Assembly (NCBI GenBank): GCA_031277715.1
Contig: JAITLW010000039.1
Span: 605-64,604 of the forward strand
Source of the DNA: Sphingobacterium sp.
GTDB taxonomy: Bacteria > Bacteroidota > Bacteroidia > Sphingobacteriales > Sphingobacteriaceae
Direction: 5' to 3'
Length of the DNA: 64,000 bases
Of the stretch, positions 9,178 through 19,149 are shown one piece after another. Positions within the stretch are counted from its first letter, which is position 1, and each line of letters begins with the position of its first letter. Under the pieces are notes generated by a model. That model worked only from the letters and a program-made list of their open reading frames with translations. It was not told the DNA's origin and searched no databases. The position numbers and the translations under genes were made by a program.

Positions 9178-10377
9178 TTATCCTTTGAGCTGTTGAATAG
9201 TTATATAAGCCATTAGGCCTATACTTAGCTCTAAAGCATCCTCATCGATATCAAAGGTAGATGTATGGACTGCAGAAGTTATTCCTTTACGAGCATTCCC
9301 TGTGCCGAGCCTGTAAAAACATGCTGGTATTTCCTGGGAGTAATAAGCAAAATCTTCTCCCGCAGGCCAAAGCTCTAGTTCTACAACATTTTCCTTTCCA
9401 AGATATTCCTCCGCAAAAGACCGCGATTGATTTGTCAAAGTGGGATCGTTTGTCAAAAAAGGATATCCTTTACGAACCTCAAACTCACAATGAGCTCCCA
9501 TTGCCTCAGCGATTCCTTGGGCAATCTGCACCATTCTTTTATGTGCTTCACCGCGCCACTTCTCATCATAAGTCCTAAACGTCCCTTCTACAATCACTTC
9601 ATCTGGAATAATGTTCGTAGCTCCATTACCTATAATCTTTCCCCAAGACACCACAGTAGGGATACGAGGGTCAGCATATCGGCTTACCACTTGTTGCAAA
9701 GCCGTTATGATTTGGGCCGTGATAGCAATAGGATCTATATTTTGGTGTGGATGTGCTCCATGTCCTCCTTTCCCCTTGATCGTCATGTAGAGTTCATCCG
9801 TCGAAGCCATATATTGCCCCGCTCTAAACCCAACCTTTCCAACCTCAATAAAAGGCATGACATGTTGTCCTAAGATAGCCTCGGGTTTAGGGTTTTCCAG
9901 AACCCCTTCTTTAATCATAAGAGATGCACCCCCTGGTAGTTTTTCCTCTCCAGGTTGAAAAATAAGCTTTACGGTACCTCCAAAAACGGGTCTTAACTGT
10001 TGCAATATTTTCGCCACTCCAAGTAGGGAAGAGGTGTGCACATCATGCCCACAAGCATGCATTATACCTAATCGTTCAGAGCCGTATTCGCGCCCCTCAA
10101 CTTCAGTAATAGGAAGTGCGTCCATATCTGCACGCAATGCAATAATCTTATCAGACACCAAATCACCCTCCACAAGGGCAACTACACCCGTATTTGCCAT
10201 GGACTCATAACTGATTCCCAACAAATCCAACTGCTGCTTTACAAAAGCGGATGTCTCAAATTCTTCAAATGAAAGTTCAGGATTACGATGTAGATGTCGA
10301 CGAATATCGACTGTTTCTGAAAAAAAGGCTTTTGCCAATGCCTGTATGTCCTTCTTAAGATCGGCCATTGTGTACAT
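9178..10377 (-). CDS. M20 family amidohydrolase
   Basis: RRHLHRNPELSFEE, RADMDAL, MHACGHD, FQPGEE, EDFAYY; start at 10377 or 10368. Confidence 0.93.
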   Translation of the reverse strand: MYTMADLKKDIQALAKAFFSETVDIRRHLHRNPELSFEEFETSAFVKQQLDLLGISYESMANTGVVALVEGDLVSDKIIALRADMDALPITEVEGREYGSERLGIMHACGHDVHTSSLLGVAKILQQLRPVFGGTVKLIFQPGEEKLPGGASLMIKEGVLENPKPEAILGQHVMPFIEVGKVGFRAGQYMASTDELYMTIKGKGGHGAHPHQNIDPIAITAQIITALQQVVSRYADPRIPTVVSWGKIIGNGATNIIPDEVIVEGTFRTYDEKWRGEAHKRMVQIAQGIAEAMGAHCEFEVRKGYPFLTNDPTLTNQSRSFAEEYLGKENVVELELWPAGEDFAYYSQEIPACFYRLGTGNARKGITSAVHTSTFDIDEDALELSIGLMAYITIQQLKG

Positions 10378-10381
10378 ATTA

Positions 10382-10837
10382 CTATTCCCAAACCCAAATG
10401 TCTTCTTGAAATACGAAGACAGAACTGTATTGTGAACGCAACACACGCATAAAATTATTTGCTTCAGTTCGGCTAGTAAAATCCCCCACTTTAACCCTGT
10501 AGTTCGGTTCTTCGTAGTTTATATAACTATCCATATCCGTGTATTGATTTCTAAAGCGGCTTTGGGCTGCATAGGCATCATTGCGGTTAGAACCAGAGTA
10601 TATCTGCACTCGGAAGCCCTTTCTCTTCACTCGGCTTGCTTTACTCTTATCCACCACTTTAGGACCAAGACTAACCGCTCGTGTTGCTGTGGGATTGATT
10701 TCATGCTCTGCTCTGAAGTTTTGCAAAATAGCAATCAAGGTATCTCTAGATACTTCAACTACCCCTGTTTGCTGTGCTTTGGTCGACAAGACCATTACTC
10801 CTAGAACAAAACCTAAAATCAATCCTTTTCTCAACAT
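10382..10837 (-). CDS. SPOR domain protein
   Basis: Signal peptide; GFRVQIYSG and PNYRVKVGDF motifs. Confidence 0.88.
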   Translation of the reverse strand: MLRKGLILGFVLGVMVLSTKAQQTGVVEVSRDTLIAILQNFRAEHEINPTATRAVSLGPKVVDKSKASRVKRKGFRVQIYSGSNRNDAYAAQSRFRNQYTDMDSYINYEEPNYRVKVGDFTSRTEANNFMRVLRSQYSSVFVFQEDIWVWE

Positions 10838-10848
10838 TATATTATTTT

Positions 10849-13800
10849 TTACGCGTTTTTACCGTGACAGTTCTTGTATTTCAATCCTGATCCACAAGGA
10901 CACTCGTCATTTCTGCCTACAGTTTGCTCTTTCTTTATTGGTTGCGTTACCTGCGCAGTTCTAGTATCTACATCTTCTTCAGATACCCCTGTTGGCGAAC
11001 TTAGTTCCTCCTTAGTTGCTACGACCTTTGGCTGTACAATTGGTTTTGCTTCTTGTACCTGTTGTGGTTGCTGTCCAGGGATTTCACCTTTGAATAGGAA
11101 GCTCACAATCTCTTTATTCATACTAGCCAACATGCTCTTGAACAAGTTAAAAGCTTCCATTTTATAAATGATAATTGGATCTTTTTGTTCATAAACAGCA
11201 TTTTGCACAGACTGCTTTAAGTCATCCATCTCCCTAAGGTGCTCCTTCCAAGCTTCATCAATCAAGGCTAAAACTACTCCTTTTTCAAAAGAACGGAACA
11301 CTTCAGCACCTTCAGTCTCGATCGCTTTCTTAAGATTTGTCGCAACTTGTATGCCACGAATGCCATCAGTAAAAGGAACAACGATATTTTCAATCATATC
11401 GCCTCGTTCTGCCATCACATTCGTCAATACTGGCAATGTTTGTTCTGCTAGATGCTTCGCTTTACTTTCGTAGTGTGTAATCACCTGATCAAACAACTTA
11501 TCTGTTAATGTAGGAATACTACTAGTCGTAAACTCTTGGCTTGTTACTGTTGGGTCAATAGCAAATAAACGAATCATTTCTATTTGGAATTCCTCGTAAG
11601 AACCACCTTCTTTCGATTCGGTTACCACATCTTCGACAACGTCATAAATTGCATTATTCAAATCTACATCCAAACGCTCTCCAAACAATGCATTTTTACG
11701 TTTAGTATAGATTACCGTACGCTGAGAGTTCATAACATCATCATATTCCAACAAACGCTTACGAATACCAAAGTTATTCTCTTCGACTTTTCGTTGTGCC
11801 CGCTCAATAGACTTGGTCAGCATACTGTGTTGCATCACCTCACCTTCTTCAACTCCCATCTTCACCATAATGTTTGAAATACGCTCCGAAGCAAACAAAC
11901 GCATTAATGGATCCTCTAATGAAACAAAAAACTGAGATGATCCAGGGTCACCTTGACGTCCTGCACGACCTCTCAACTGTCTATCTACACGACGGGATTC
12001 ATGTCGTTCTGTACCCACAATAGCCAAACCACCGGCTTTAATAACCTCTTCCGTTAGCTTAATATCCGTACCACGTCCTGCCATATTGGTCGCTATTGTT
12101 ACCTGCCCAGGATGTCCTGCTTCGGCAACAATTTCTGCTTCCCTTTGGTGCAACTTCGCATTTAAGACATTATGTTTAATTCCTCTCAACTTCAACATAC
12201 GGCTCAGTAATTCCGAAATCTCCACTGAAGTAGTACCGACCAATACTGGACGTCCTTGTTCTGTTAGGTTTTGTATTTCTTGAGCTACTGCATTATATTT
12301 TTCACGTGCTGTACGATAGATAAAATCTTGTCTATCATCTCGCTGTATACCTCTATTTGTTGGAATTTCGACTACGTCCAACTTATAGATTTCCCAAAGC
12401 TCACCAGCCTCTGTAGAAGCTGTACCCGTCATACCAGACAATTTGTGGTACATACGGAAGTAATTTTGCAAGGTTACAGTCGCATAAGTTTGCGTTGCAT
12501 CTTCTACTTTTACATTTTCTTTAGCTTCGATTGCTTGATGTAGACCATCAGAATAGCGACGGCCATCCATGATACGTCCTGTCTGCTCATCCACAATCTT
12601 AACCTTACCCTCGTCCACGATATATTGATCATCGCGTTCGAACAAAGTATATGCTTTTAATAACTGATTTATAGAGTGAATACGTTCTGCCTTAATGGAA
12701 TAGTCACGCAATAATTCTTCTTTACGCGCAGCTTTTTCTTCCAATGTAGCTGTTGATTTTTCGATATCAGCAATTTCAGATCCAACATCAGGTAGGATAA
12801 AGAAACTAGGGTCTTCTCCTGATGCAGTAATCAGCTCAATTCCTTTTTCAGTAAGTTCAACTTGATTATTTTTCTCATCGATAACAAAGAAAAGCTCTTT
12901 ATCGGCCTTAGGCATATGACGATTCTGCTCCTGCATGTAGTAGTTTTCTACTTTCTGCAAAATCTGACGATGATTTCCTTCACTTAAGAACTTGATTAGT
13001 GCTTTATTCTTAGGTAATCCTCTGAATGAGCGAAACAAAGCTAAACCTCCTGCTTCAGGATCTACATCTCCTGCTGCAATAGCCTTTTTAGCTTCATTAA
13101 ATACCGTATTAATATAGGCTTTCTGTGCATTTACCAAGCGTTCTATCCGTGGCTTCAACTGATAGAATTCATGCTGGTCTCCCATAGGGATTGGTCCAGA
13201 GATAATCAATGGGGTACGAGCATCATCGATTAATACCGAGTCGACCTCATCAATCATTGCAAAATGCAATTTACGTTGCACCATCGCGTCTGGTGTTTGC
13301 GTCATATTGTCACGCAAATAATCAAAACCAAACTCATTGTTAGTACCATATACGATGTCGCATTTATAAGCATCACGACGTTGTGGAGAATTTGGCTGGT
13401 GTTTATCAATACAATCTACACTCAATCCGTGAAACTCGAAAAGAGGACCGTTCCACTCCGAGTCACGCTTAGCAAGATAATCGTTGACAGTTACAATATG
13501 TACTCCTTGACCAGATAATGCATTCAGGTAAGTCGGCAATGTTCCTACCAACGTTTTACCCTCACCTGTGGACATTTCTGCGATTTTACCTTGATGCAGA
13601 ACAATACCACCGATCAATTGTACATCATAGTGTACCATATTCCACTTCACCTCATTTCCGGCTGCTGTCCAAGAATTACTCCATAGAGCTTTATCTCCTT
13701 GAATAGTGACATTTGCTTTACGAGCGGCCAATTCTCGATCAAAATCTGATGCCGTAACTTCCAATACCGAATTCTCAGTAAGGCGTCGAGCCGTATCTTT

Positions 13801-14142
13801 TACAACCGCAAAAGCTTCAGGTAATATTTCCAACAATATTTCTTCAAGCTTCTTGTCTCGGTCTTTATTCAATTTATCGATTTTCTCGTAAACTTCCGTT
13901 TTGGCCGCCATGTCTGTTTCGGTACTTTCAGACTTGTTTTTTAAATCGGCAATCTCGGCATCGATTTCCTTTAAATAGTCCTGAATACGTGCTTTAAATT
14001 CGATTGTTTTGGCACGAAGCTCGTCATGTGATAAATTGGTTAACTTGCTATATTCATCTTTAACCTTATTTACATAAGGTTGGATAGCCTTGATATCACG
14101 TTCTGACTTGCTACCAAATAGTTTACTTAAGAATTTTAACAT
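10849..14142 (-). CDS. secA: Preprotein translocase ATPase SecA
   Basis: EMSTGEGKT, IDEVDSVLID, TNMAGRGTDI, C-terminal SEC-C GRNDECPCGSG. Confidence 0.99.
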   Translation of the reverse strand: MLKFLSKLFGSKSERDIKAIQPYVNKVKDEYSKLTNLSHDELRAKTIEFKARIQDYLKEIDAEIADLKNKSESTETDMAAKTEVYEKIDKLNKDRDKKLEEILLEILPEAFAVVKDTARRLTENSVLEVTASDFDRELAARKANVTIQGDKALWSNSWTAAGNEVKWNMVHYDVQLIGGIVLHQGKIAEMSTGEGKTLVGTLPTYLNALSGQGVHIVTVNDYLAKRDSEWNGPLFEFHGLSVDCIDKHQPNSPQRRDAYKCDIVYGTNNEFGFDYLRDNMTQTPDAMVQRKLHFAMIDEVDSVLIDDARTPLIISGPIPMGDQHEFYQLKPRIERLVNAQKAYINTVFNEAKKAIAAGDVDPEAGGLALFRSFRGLPKNKALIKFLSEGNHRQILQKVENYYMQEQNRHMPKADKELFFVIDEKNNQVELTEKGIELITASGEDPSFFILPDVGSEIADIEKSTATLEEKAARKEELLRDYSIKAERIHSINQLLKAYTLFERDDQYIVDEGKVKIVDEQTGRIMDGRRYSDGLHQAIEAKENVKVEDATQTYATVTLQNYFRMYHKLSGMTGTASTEAGELWEIYKLDVVEIPTNRGIQRDDRQDFIYRTAREKYNAVAQEIQNLTEQGRPVLVGTTSVEISELLSRMLKLRGIKHNVLNAKLHQREAEIVAEAGHPGQVTIATNMAGRGTDIKLTEEVIKAGGLAIVGTERHESRRVDRQLRGRAGRQGDPGSSQFFVSLEDPLMRLFASERISNIMVKMGVEEGEVMQHSMLTKSIERAQRKVEENNFGIRKRLLEYDDVMNSQRTVIYTKRKNALFGERLDVDLNNAIYDVVEDVVTESKEGGSYEEFQIEMIRLFAIDPTVTSQEFTTSSIPTLTDKLFDQVITHYESKAKHLAEQTLPVLTNVMAERGDMIENIVVPFTDGIRGIQVATNLKKAIETEGAEVFRSFEKGVVLALIDEAWKEHLREMDDLKQSVQNAVYEQKDPIIIYKMEAFNLFKSMLASMNKEIVSFLFKGEIPGQQPQQVQEAKPIVQPKVVATKEELSSPTGVSEEDVDTRTAQVTQPIKKEQTVGRNDECPCGSGLKYKNCHGKNA

Positions 14143-14275
14143 AATTTTTTTTTATCTCTGTCCACATGCACAAAATTGAATCCAAAGACAAAACATAGGA
14201 CATTTTGGCACTAACCGGGCAAATTTACTTATTCGAAACGATAACTTTCACTCTTACAATGTATTTTTTTTATAT

Positions 14276-15163
14276 CTAGCCAAATCCCTCGTCTCTTTCT
14301 ACTAAAAAGATGTTTTTTTTCATCTCAGGGATCAATTGAAGAGCCTCGGCACGTTCGAACATAGTCGTTATAGCCGCTCTACCAATACCTCCCAAATCAA
14401 TTGAATAGGAATTTACATATAGCTCTATATGCTTATACATCACCGTCTCCTCCATCTCTTGGGCGTGACTCCGTATATATTCAATTCCGGACTTGGGATT
14501 GGCAAACGCAAATTCCACACTATGACGTACCAAGCGGTTAATCTTCTCTTTAATATCTAGTGGCAAATCTCGGCGAATCACAATACCGCCCAAGGGGATA
14601 GGATTATTTGTTGTTTTCTCCCAGTAGTCGCCAAGATCCACGACCTTATGCAATCCCTTCTCCTGATAAGTAAATCTATTTTCGTGAATAATCAATCCCA
14701 AATCGGCTTTACCATCCAATACGGCTTCTTCAATACCAGAAAAAACCAATTCTTGCTTATTTTGCAATTGAGGAAAGGCCAAGCCCAACAAAAAGTTTGC
14801 GGTGGTATATTTACCCGGTATAGCTACCACCAGGCTCCTAAACTTATCGGGCAGATCCTTCCCTACATACTCCATTAATTCTTCAGCTAACGCTTTATTT
14901 TTGGTAATAAGCAGAGGGCCTACACCAAAACCTAGAGCGCTCCCTGCATCCAACAATTCATAATCTTCTACAGCATATGCAAAAGCGTGATAACTCAGCT
15001 TTGTAATAGCTAGTTCTTTCTTGAAAGCTTTTTGGTTCAGCGTTTCAACATCATGATATTCGACCTCAAATTCCAGCCCATATGTATCAATTTTTTGATG
15101 TATCAAGGCATCAAATATATAGGTATCATTGGGACATGGAGAAAAACCTAAACTTAATTTCAT
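14276..15163 (-). CDS. mqnD: 1,4-dihydroxy-6-naphthoate synthase (futalosine menaquinone pathway)
   Basis: GFSPCPNDT, GSALGFGVGP, IIHENRFTY, PIPLGGI motifs. Confidence 0.92.
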   Translation of the reverse strand: MKLSLGFSPCPNDTYIFDALIHQKIDTYGLEFEVEYHDVETLNQKAFKKELAITKLSYHAFAYAVEDYELLDAGSALGFGVGPLLITKNKALAEELMEYVGKDLPDKFRSLVVAIPGKYTTANFLLGLAFPQLQNKQELVFSGIEEAVLDGKADLGLIIHENRFTYQEKGLHKVVDLGDYWEKTTNNPIPLGGIVIRRDLPLDIKEKINRLVRHSVEFAFANPKSGIEYIRSHAQEMEETVMYKHIELYVNSYSIDLGGIGRAAITTMFERAEALQLIPEMKKNIFLVERDEGFG

Positions 15164-15177
15164 TATTTAAAATAGTG

Positions 15178-15438
15178 TTATACCTTTATTTTAACAGTAA
15201 TCACCAAAACCAGCATCGCAATAAAAGTTATAAAAACAATCCCTTTGGCCAACGATTCCTTTCCCGCCCGATAGGTAAACCGAACAATAATCAAGTTAAT
15301 AAGGGCAGCGACCACATACAGCGCAATAGGTTTATCTGAAAAGTAACTTGCTTGTATGCTCGTATAGTTAGATAGTACATAGGCTAGGATGGGGGCGAGG
15401 GTACCTATCAACCCTCCGGTCCAAAAAGAATCCTTCAT
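15178..15438 (-). CDS. Small three-helix membrane protein, hypothetical
   Basis: Abuts the surE stop; three hydrophobic segments. Confidence 0.75.
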   Translation of the reverse strand: MKDSFWTGGLIGTLAPILAYVLSNYTSIQASYFSDKPIALYVVAALINLIIVRFTYRAGKESLAKGIVFITFIAMLVLVITVKIKV

Positions 15439-16221
15439 TTAGCTTTTGAAATTAAATGCCCAAGAGTTTAATTCTTGAATTGTGTGATGTGCGGTCATAT
15501 CATACTGTGTGGGCACTATAGACACATAACCGTTTTTCAAAGCAAACACGTCCGTATCTTCCCCTCTATCACTCCACTCAAACTGTCCCGTCAACCAAAA
15601 ATACTCCCTGTTATAGGGATCCAAACGATGCTCAAACTCTTCTATCCAATGACCGTTAGCCTGCCTACAGATTTTAATTCCTTTTATCTCCTTATCTATA
15701 TGCGGAAAATTAACATTCAGGAGTGTGCCTTTAGGTAACCCATTTGCCAGCACTTGCTCTGCTATGGCTGAGATATAAGGTCTACAATGAGAAAAGTCTG
15801 CACCGTGTGAAAAATCATCTAATGAAAAACCAATGGATGGAATTGCTTCAATAGCACCTTCTACAGCAGCTGACATCGTACCAGAGTATAATACATTGAT
15901 TGAATAGTTCAGTCCATGATTTATTCCCGATACGCATAAATCTGGCTTCTCTCCTTTAAAAATCCGGTTTACCGCCAGTTTGACACAATCCACAGGTGTA
16001 CCGGAGCACTTATACATCTCGACTCCCTCATATAGCTCTATTTTATCCAGCCTCAAAGGCTTTCCAATAGTTATTGCATGCCCCATTCCCGACTGAGGCC
16101 CATCAGGAGCTACAACGATCACCCGTCCCAACTTTTTCATTTCCTCCAACAAGACCTTTATTCCTGGGGCCGTTATACCATCATCATTCACAACGAGTAT
16201 AGTGGGTTTCTTCTTTGTCAT
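15439..16221 (-). CDS. surE: 5'/3'-nucleotidase SurE
   Basis: NDDGITAPG, QSGMGH, GTPVDCV, SGINHG, YSGT. Confidence 0.97.
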   Translation of the reverse strand: MTKKKPTILVVNDDGITAPGIKVLLEEMKKLGRVIVVAPDGPQSGMGHAITIGKPLRLDKIELYEGVEMYKCSGTPVDCVKLAVNRIFKGEKPDLCVSGINHGLNYSINVLYSGTMSAAVEGAIEAIPSIGFSLDDFSHGADFSHCRPYISAIAEQVLANGLPKGTLLNVNFPHIDKEIKGIKICRQANGHWIEEFEHRLDPYNREYFWLTGQFEWSDRGEDTDVFALKNGYVSIVPTQYDMTAHHTIQELNSWAFNFKS

Positions 16222-16242
16222 ACCGCTAAGTTAGTAAATAAT

Positions 16243-17055
16243 CTAATCCCGTACCACACGGAATCCGAGATTACTAAAAGAAGCCATTGGGGCTACAGAA
16301 CCTATAAAAATAGTATTAAACGCGGCACAACTCGTCCTATTACACCACCAAGATCCACCTCGGGCATGAGCTACTTTACGCCCTTTGTCCTGAGGAAGCC
16401 GTCCTTCGCAAAACTCGAAGACATTTCCTAATACATCATATAGCCCCCATGGGTTAGCCTTAAAGCTCTTTACTGGTGCTGTATACATATAACCATCCGA
16501 AAAATCTGGCTTAAGATGATCTTCTTTATGCCAGATATTTGCATACTCCTCTATTTTTTCTTCAGAAGCCCCCTCAAAATATTTTCCCGTGGAACCCGCT
16601 TTTGCTGCAACTTCCCATTCATCAAACGTTGGTAGTCGTACCTCTGCCCATTTACAGTATGCAATAGCATCGCGGTAAGAAATACACGTGACAGGATGAT
16701 CCATCTTATTCACTATACCCCCTCGGGATACGCCATTTGGAAAACGCCAGTACGCTGTACTATCTTGTATCCACCTAAACTCTTCCAAACCCGGCTCAAA
16801 AACCTGCGCATTACCATATCTTTCAGCAGTGGTCCTATACCCTGTAGCTTCTACGAATAGTAGAAATTCAGCATTAGTCAACTCTGTTGTAGCAATATTA
16901 AACTCCTTGACAAAAACAGTTCTTTTCGGGTTCAATACAGCCCCTTCTTCCCCCACAGTATATGTTCCTTCTTCAATCCGAACAAAATCCAGATCCTGTG
17001 CAAAAGAAGAAATAGTAAAACCTATAGATAACAGAAAAAGAACAATCTTTTGCAT
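16243..17055 (-). CDS. Formylglycine-generating enzyme (SUMF1/FGE) family protein with signal peptide
   Basis: HPVTCISYRDAIAYCKW, RLPTFDEWE, NPWGLYDVLGNVFE, RGGSWWCNRTSC, NLGFRVV; start MQKIV at 17055. Confidence 0.9.
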   Translation of the reverse strand: MQKIVLFLLSIGFTISSFAQDLDFVRIEEGTYTVGEEGAVLNPKRTVFVKEFNIATTELTNAEFLLFVEATGYRTTAERYGNAQVFEPGLEEFRWIQDSTAYWRFPNGVSRGGIVNKMDHPVTCISYRDAIAYCKWAEVRLPTFDEWEVAAKAGSTGKYFEGASEEKIEEYANIWHKEDHLKPDFSDGYMYTAPVKSFKANPWGLYDVLGNVFEFCEGRLPQDKGRKVAHARGGSWWCNRTSCAAFNTIFIGSVAPMASFSNLGFRVVRD

Positions 17056-17079
17056 CCTATTTATTATTCTTATCAAAAA

Positions 17080-17838
17080 CTATTTTCTAACAGCACTTTT
17101 TTCTTTAAAGTACCCCTTTGCCCGTTGTAATATCAACTCCTCATTTGCCTTATTATAGTCAATGTATGTCTCATAATTATAGGATTGTCCGTATAGTTTT
17201 CGATATGAAATAGACTTCAGGAACTCTTCATATTCTCCTTTTTTCATCAGCAAAAGAAGCAAAGTCAACGCATCTTTATCTTTTTTATTATTTTCAAAAT
17301 AAGTAATGATAAAGGGAATCATTTCCCATCCATTAATTTCGTCGATTACATCCTTATAATTCACGCCCATCCGCTTGCTTCGTAAAGTAGACTCTTCTAT
17401 ATAAGACATTATAGAATCTCTATTCTCGCGCAAAAAAACAAGTTGTCGTTGACTCCATGTCTGTTCGTTTAATGTAGATAGCAAATAGGCAAATACCTTT
17501 TGTTCCTCATTAGGCAACATAATCCGTATATCACAATTCTGCGAATATACTTCTGGATGAATCATCGTATATGTAAATTTTTCGCGTAGGGTCAACGATT
17601 TAAAATCAGCTGTAGACAAGGCGGATAACCCCATGTCATCGTTATCATCAGACTTGACTTCGATTTTCTTAATCAAACCCTTCACTTTATCCAGACCATA
17701 AGGCGGAACCGTCATCTTCCTCCGGTATTCCCAATAGTCATAATCCGCTTTTGTAGGTTCATAAAGCGCCAAATCATCTTGTGCATAAGAAAATGCTACT
17801 GCACTTATACTGATCAAAACTGTTATTAAATATCTCAT
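17080..17838 (-). CDS. Hypothetical secreted protein
   Basis: Signal peptide MRYLITVLISISAVAFSYA-Q; no recognised domain; 24 bp upstream of the FGE-like gene. Confidence 0.75.
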   Translation of the reverse strand: MRYLITVLISISAVAFSYAQDDLALYEPTKADYDYWEYRRKMTVPPYGLDKVKGLIKKIEVKSDDNDDMGLSALSTADFKSLTLREKFTYTMIHPEVYSQNCDIRIMLPNEEQKVFAYLLSTLNEQTWSQRQLVFLRENRDSIMSYIEESTLRSKRMGVNYKDVIDEINGWEMIPFIITYFENNKKDKDALTLLLLLMKKGEYEEFLKSISYRKLYGQSYNYETYIDYNKANEELILQRAKGYFKEKSAVRK

Positions 17839-17995
17839 AGCAATAGTAAACAAGTGACCTACTTGTCGAAAGTTAATTTCCGAAAATAAAATTAATGATT
17901 TCTTCTTATTTTCCACAAAGGAATAGGTGGATTAAGCCGAGATCTATAGGGGTAGTATATTCACCATAGATCGAAACGAAAGCGCCTGATAACAC

Positions 17996-18577
17996 TTAGA
18001 GATACAGGCCCTTCTTATCTATAAATTCTAAAACACGATCAGGAACAAAAAACTTAACATCCTTTCTGTCCCTGATAGCGCTTCTTATAAAAGTAGATGA
18101 CAACTCCATTTGAGGTGTATCTGTCATTGTCACTGCTGGGTGATTCGACCATTCGCCAGCCTCATATTTCGGCCTTGGATAGACAAAAATCTGAAAGTCT
18201 CTTAACAAGATGTCTGCATTTTTCCATTTGTGCAACCCCATTAGATTATCTTCTCCCATGATCAACACAAACTCTTTACTCGGATACCGCTCCCTCATGT
18301 AGGTCAGCGTATCTATCGTATAAGAAGGCTGTGGAAGTCCAAATTCAATGTCACATGCCTTCAACTTTTCTGCTCCTTCGATAGCGAGGTTCACCATCTC
18401 TAGGCGATCATACATATTGCCCAGACTTTTTTTGTCCTTAAAAGGATTCTGAGGCGACACAACAAACCATACCTCAGCTAGGTCTGTATATTGCGCCATA
18501 TAGTTTGCAATAATCAAATGTCCTATATGTATCGGGTTAAAAGACCCGAAGAAAAGTCCAATCTTATTGCCAACCAT
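17996..18577 (-). CDS. nadD: Nicotinate-nucleotide adenylyltransferase
   Basis: GSFNPIHIGH, PSYTIDTL, MGEDN, SSTFIR. Confidence 0.97.
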   Translation of the reverse strand: MVGNKIGLFFGSFNPIHIGHLIIANYMAQYTDLAEVWFVVSPQNPFKDKKSLGNMYDRLEMVNLAIEGAEKLKACDIEFGLPQPSYTIDTLTYMRERYPSKEFVLIMGEDNLMGLHKWKNADILLRDFQIFVYPRPKYEAGEWSNHPAVTMTDTPQMELSSTFIRSAIRDRKDVKFFVPDRVLEFIDKKGLYL

Positions 18578-19146
18578 TATTTATCCAAAAAATCCAACAC
18601 TATTTTTTCCGCATCTTGACATGCTACATCCAGATCGAAGTTATTTAATATCACGTCAAATTTATCTGCGTAACTCAACTCCAACTCCGCTTTTGCAAAG
18701 CGTTCCTTCAGTTTTTCTTCTGAATCTGTACCACGTCCAGAAAGTCGCTCTTGTAACACTTCTAGCGATGGTGGGTTTACAAAAATCGCTAATGCTTCCT
18801 CTGGAAACTTAGACTTCAATCGTAATCCACCGACTACGTCAATATCAAAAATAACGCTCTTTCCTAGAGACCATATACGATCCAATTCGGACCTCAGTGT
18901 TCCATAATATGTTCCAGAATAAACCTCTTCAAATTCTATAAACTCTTGCTTTGCTACCTTATGTAGAAACTCTTCTTTGGAAATGAAATAATAGTCTTTA
19001 CCGTTTTCTTCACTACCTCTTGGCTCTCTGGTACTCGCCGATATAGAAAACTCCAATTTGTCACTATATTTACTCAACAGATGTCTTACTATCGTTGTTT
19101 TTCCTGCTCCAGAAGGAGCAGAGAAGATTATCAATTTTTTATTCAT
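18577..19146 (-). CDS. gmk: Guanylate kinase
   Basis: APSGAGKTT, STREPR, GKDYYF, YYGT, DIDVVG. Confidence 0.97.
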   Translation of the reverse strand: MNKKLIIFSAPSGAGKTTIVRHLLSKYSDKLEFSISASTREPRGSEENGKDYYFISKEEFLHKVAKQEFIEFEEVYSGTYYGTLRSELDRIWSLGKSVIFDIDVVGGLRLKSKFPEEALAIFVNPPSLEVLQERLSGRGTDSEEKLKERFAKAELELSYADKFDVILNNFDLDVACQDAEKIVLDFLDK

Positions 19147-19149
19147 AAC

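Noticed and set aside
6770-17916. Extended N-termini of the rhodanese, M28, M20, FGE and 17080 ORFs as given in the track
   Set aside because: Downstream ATGs give normal family lengths or signal peptides; the extensions overlap promoters or neighbouring genes
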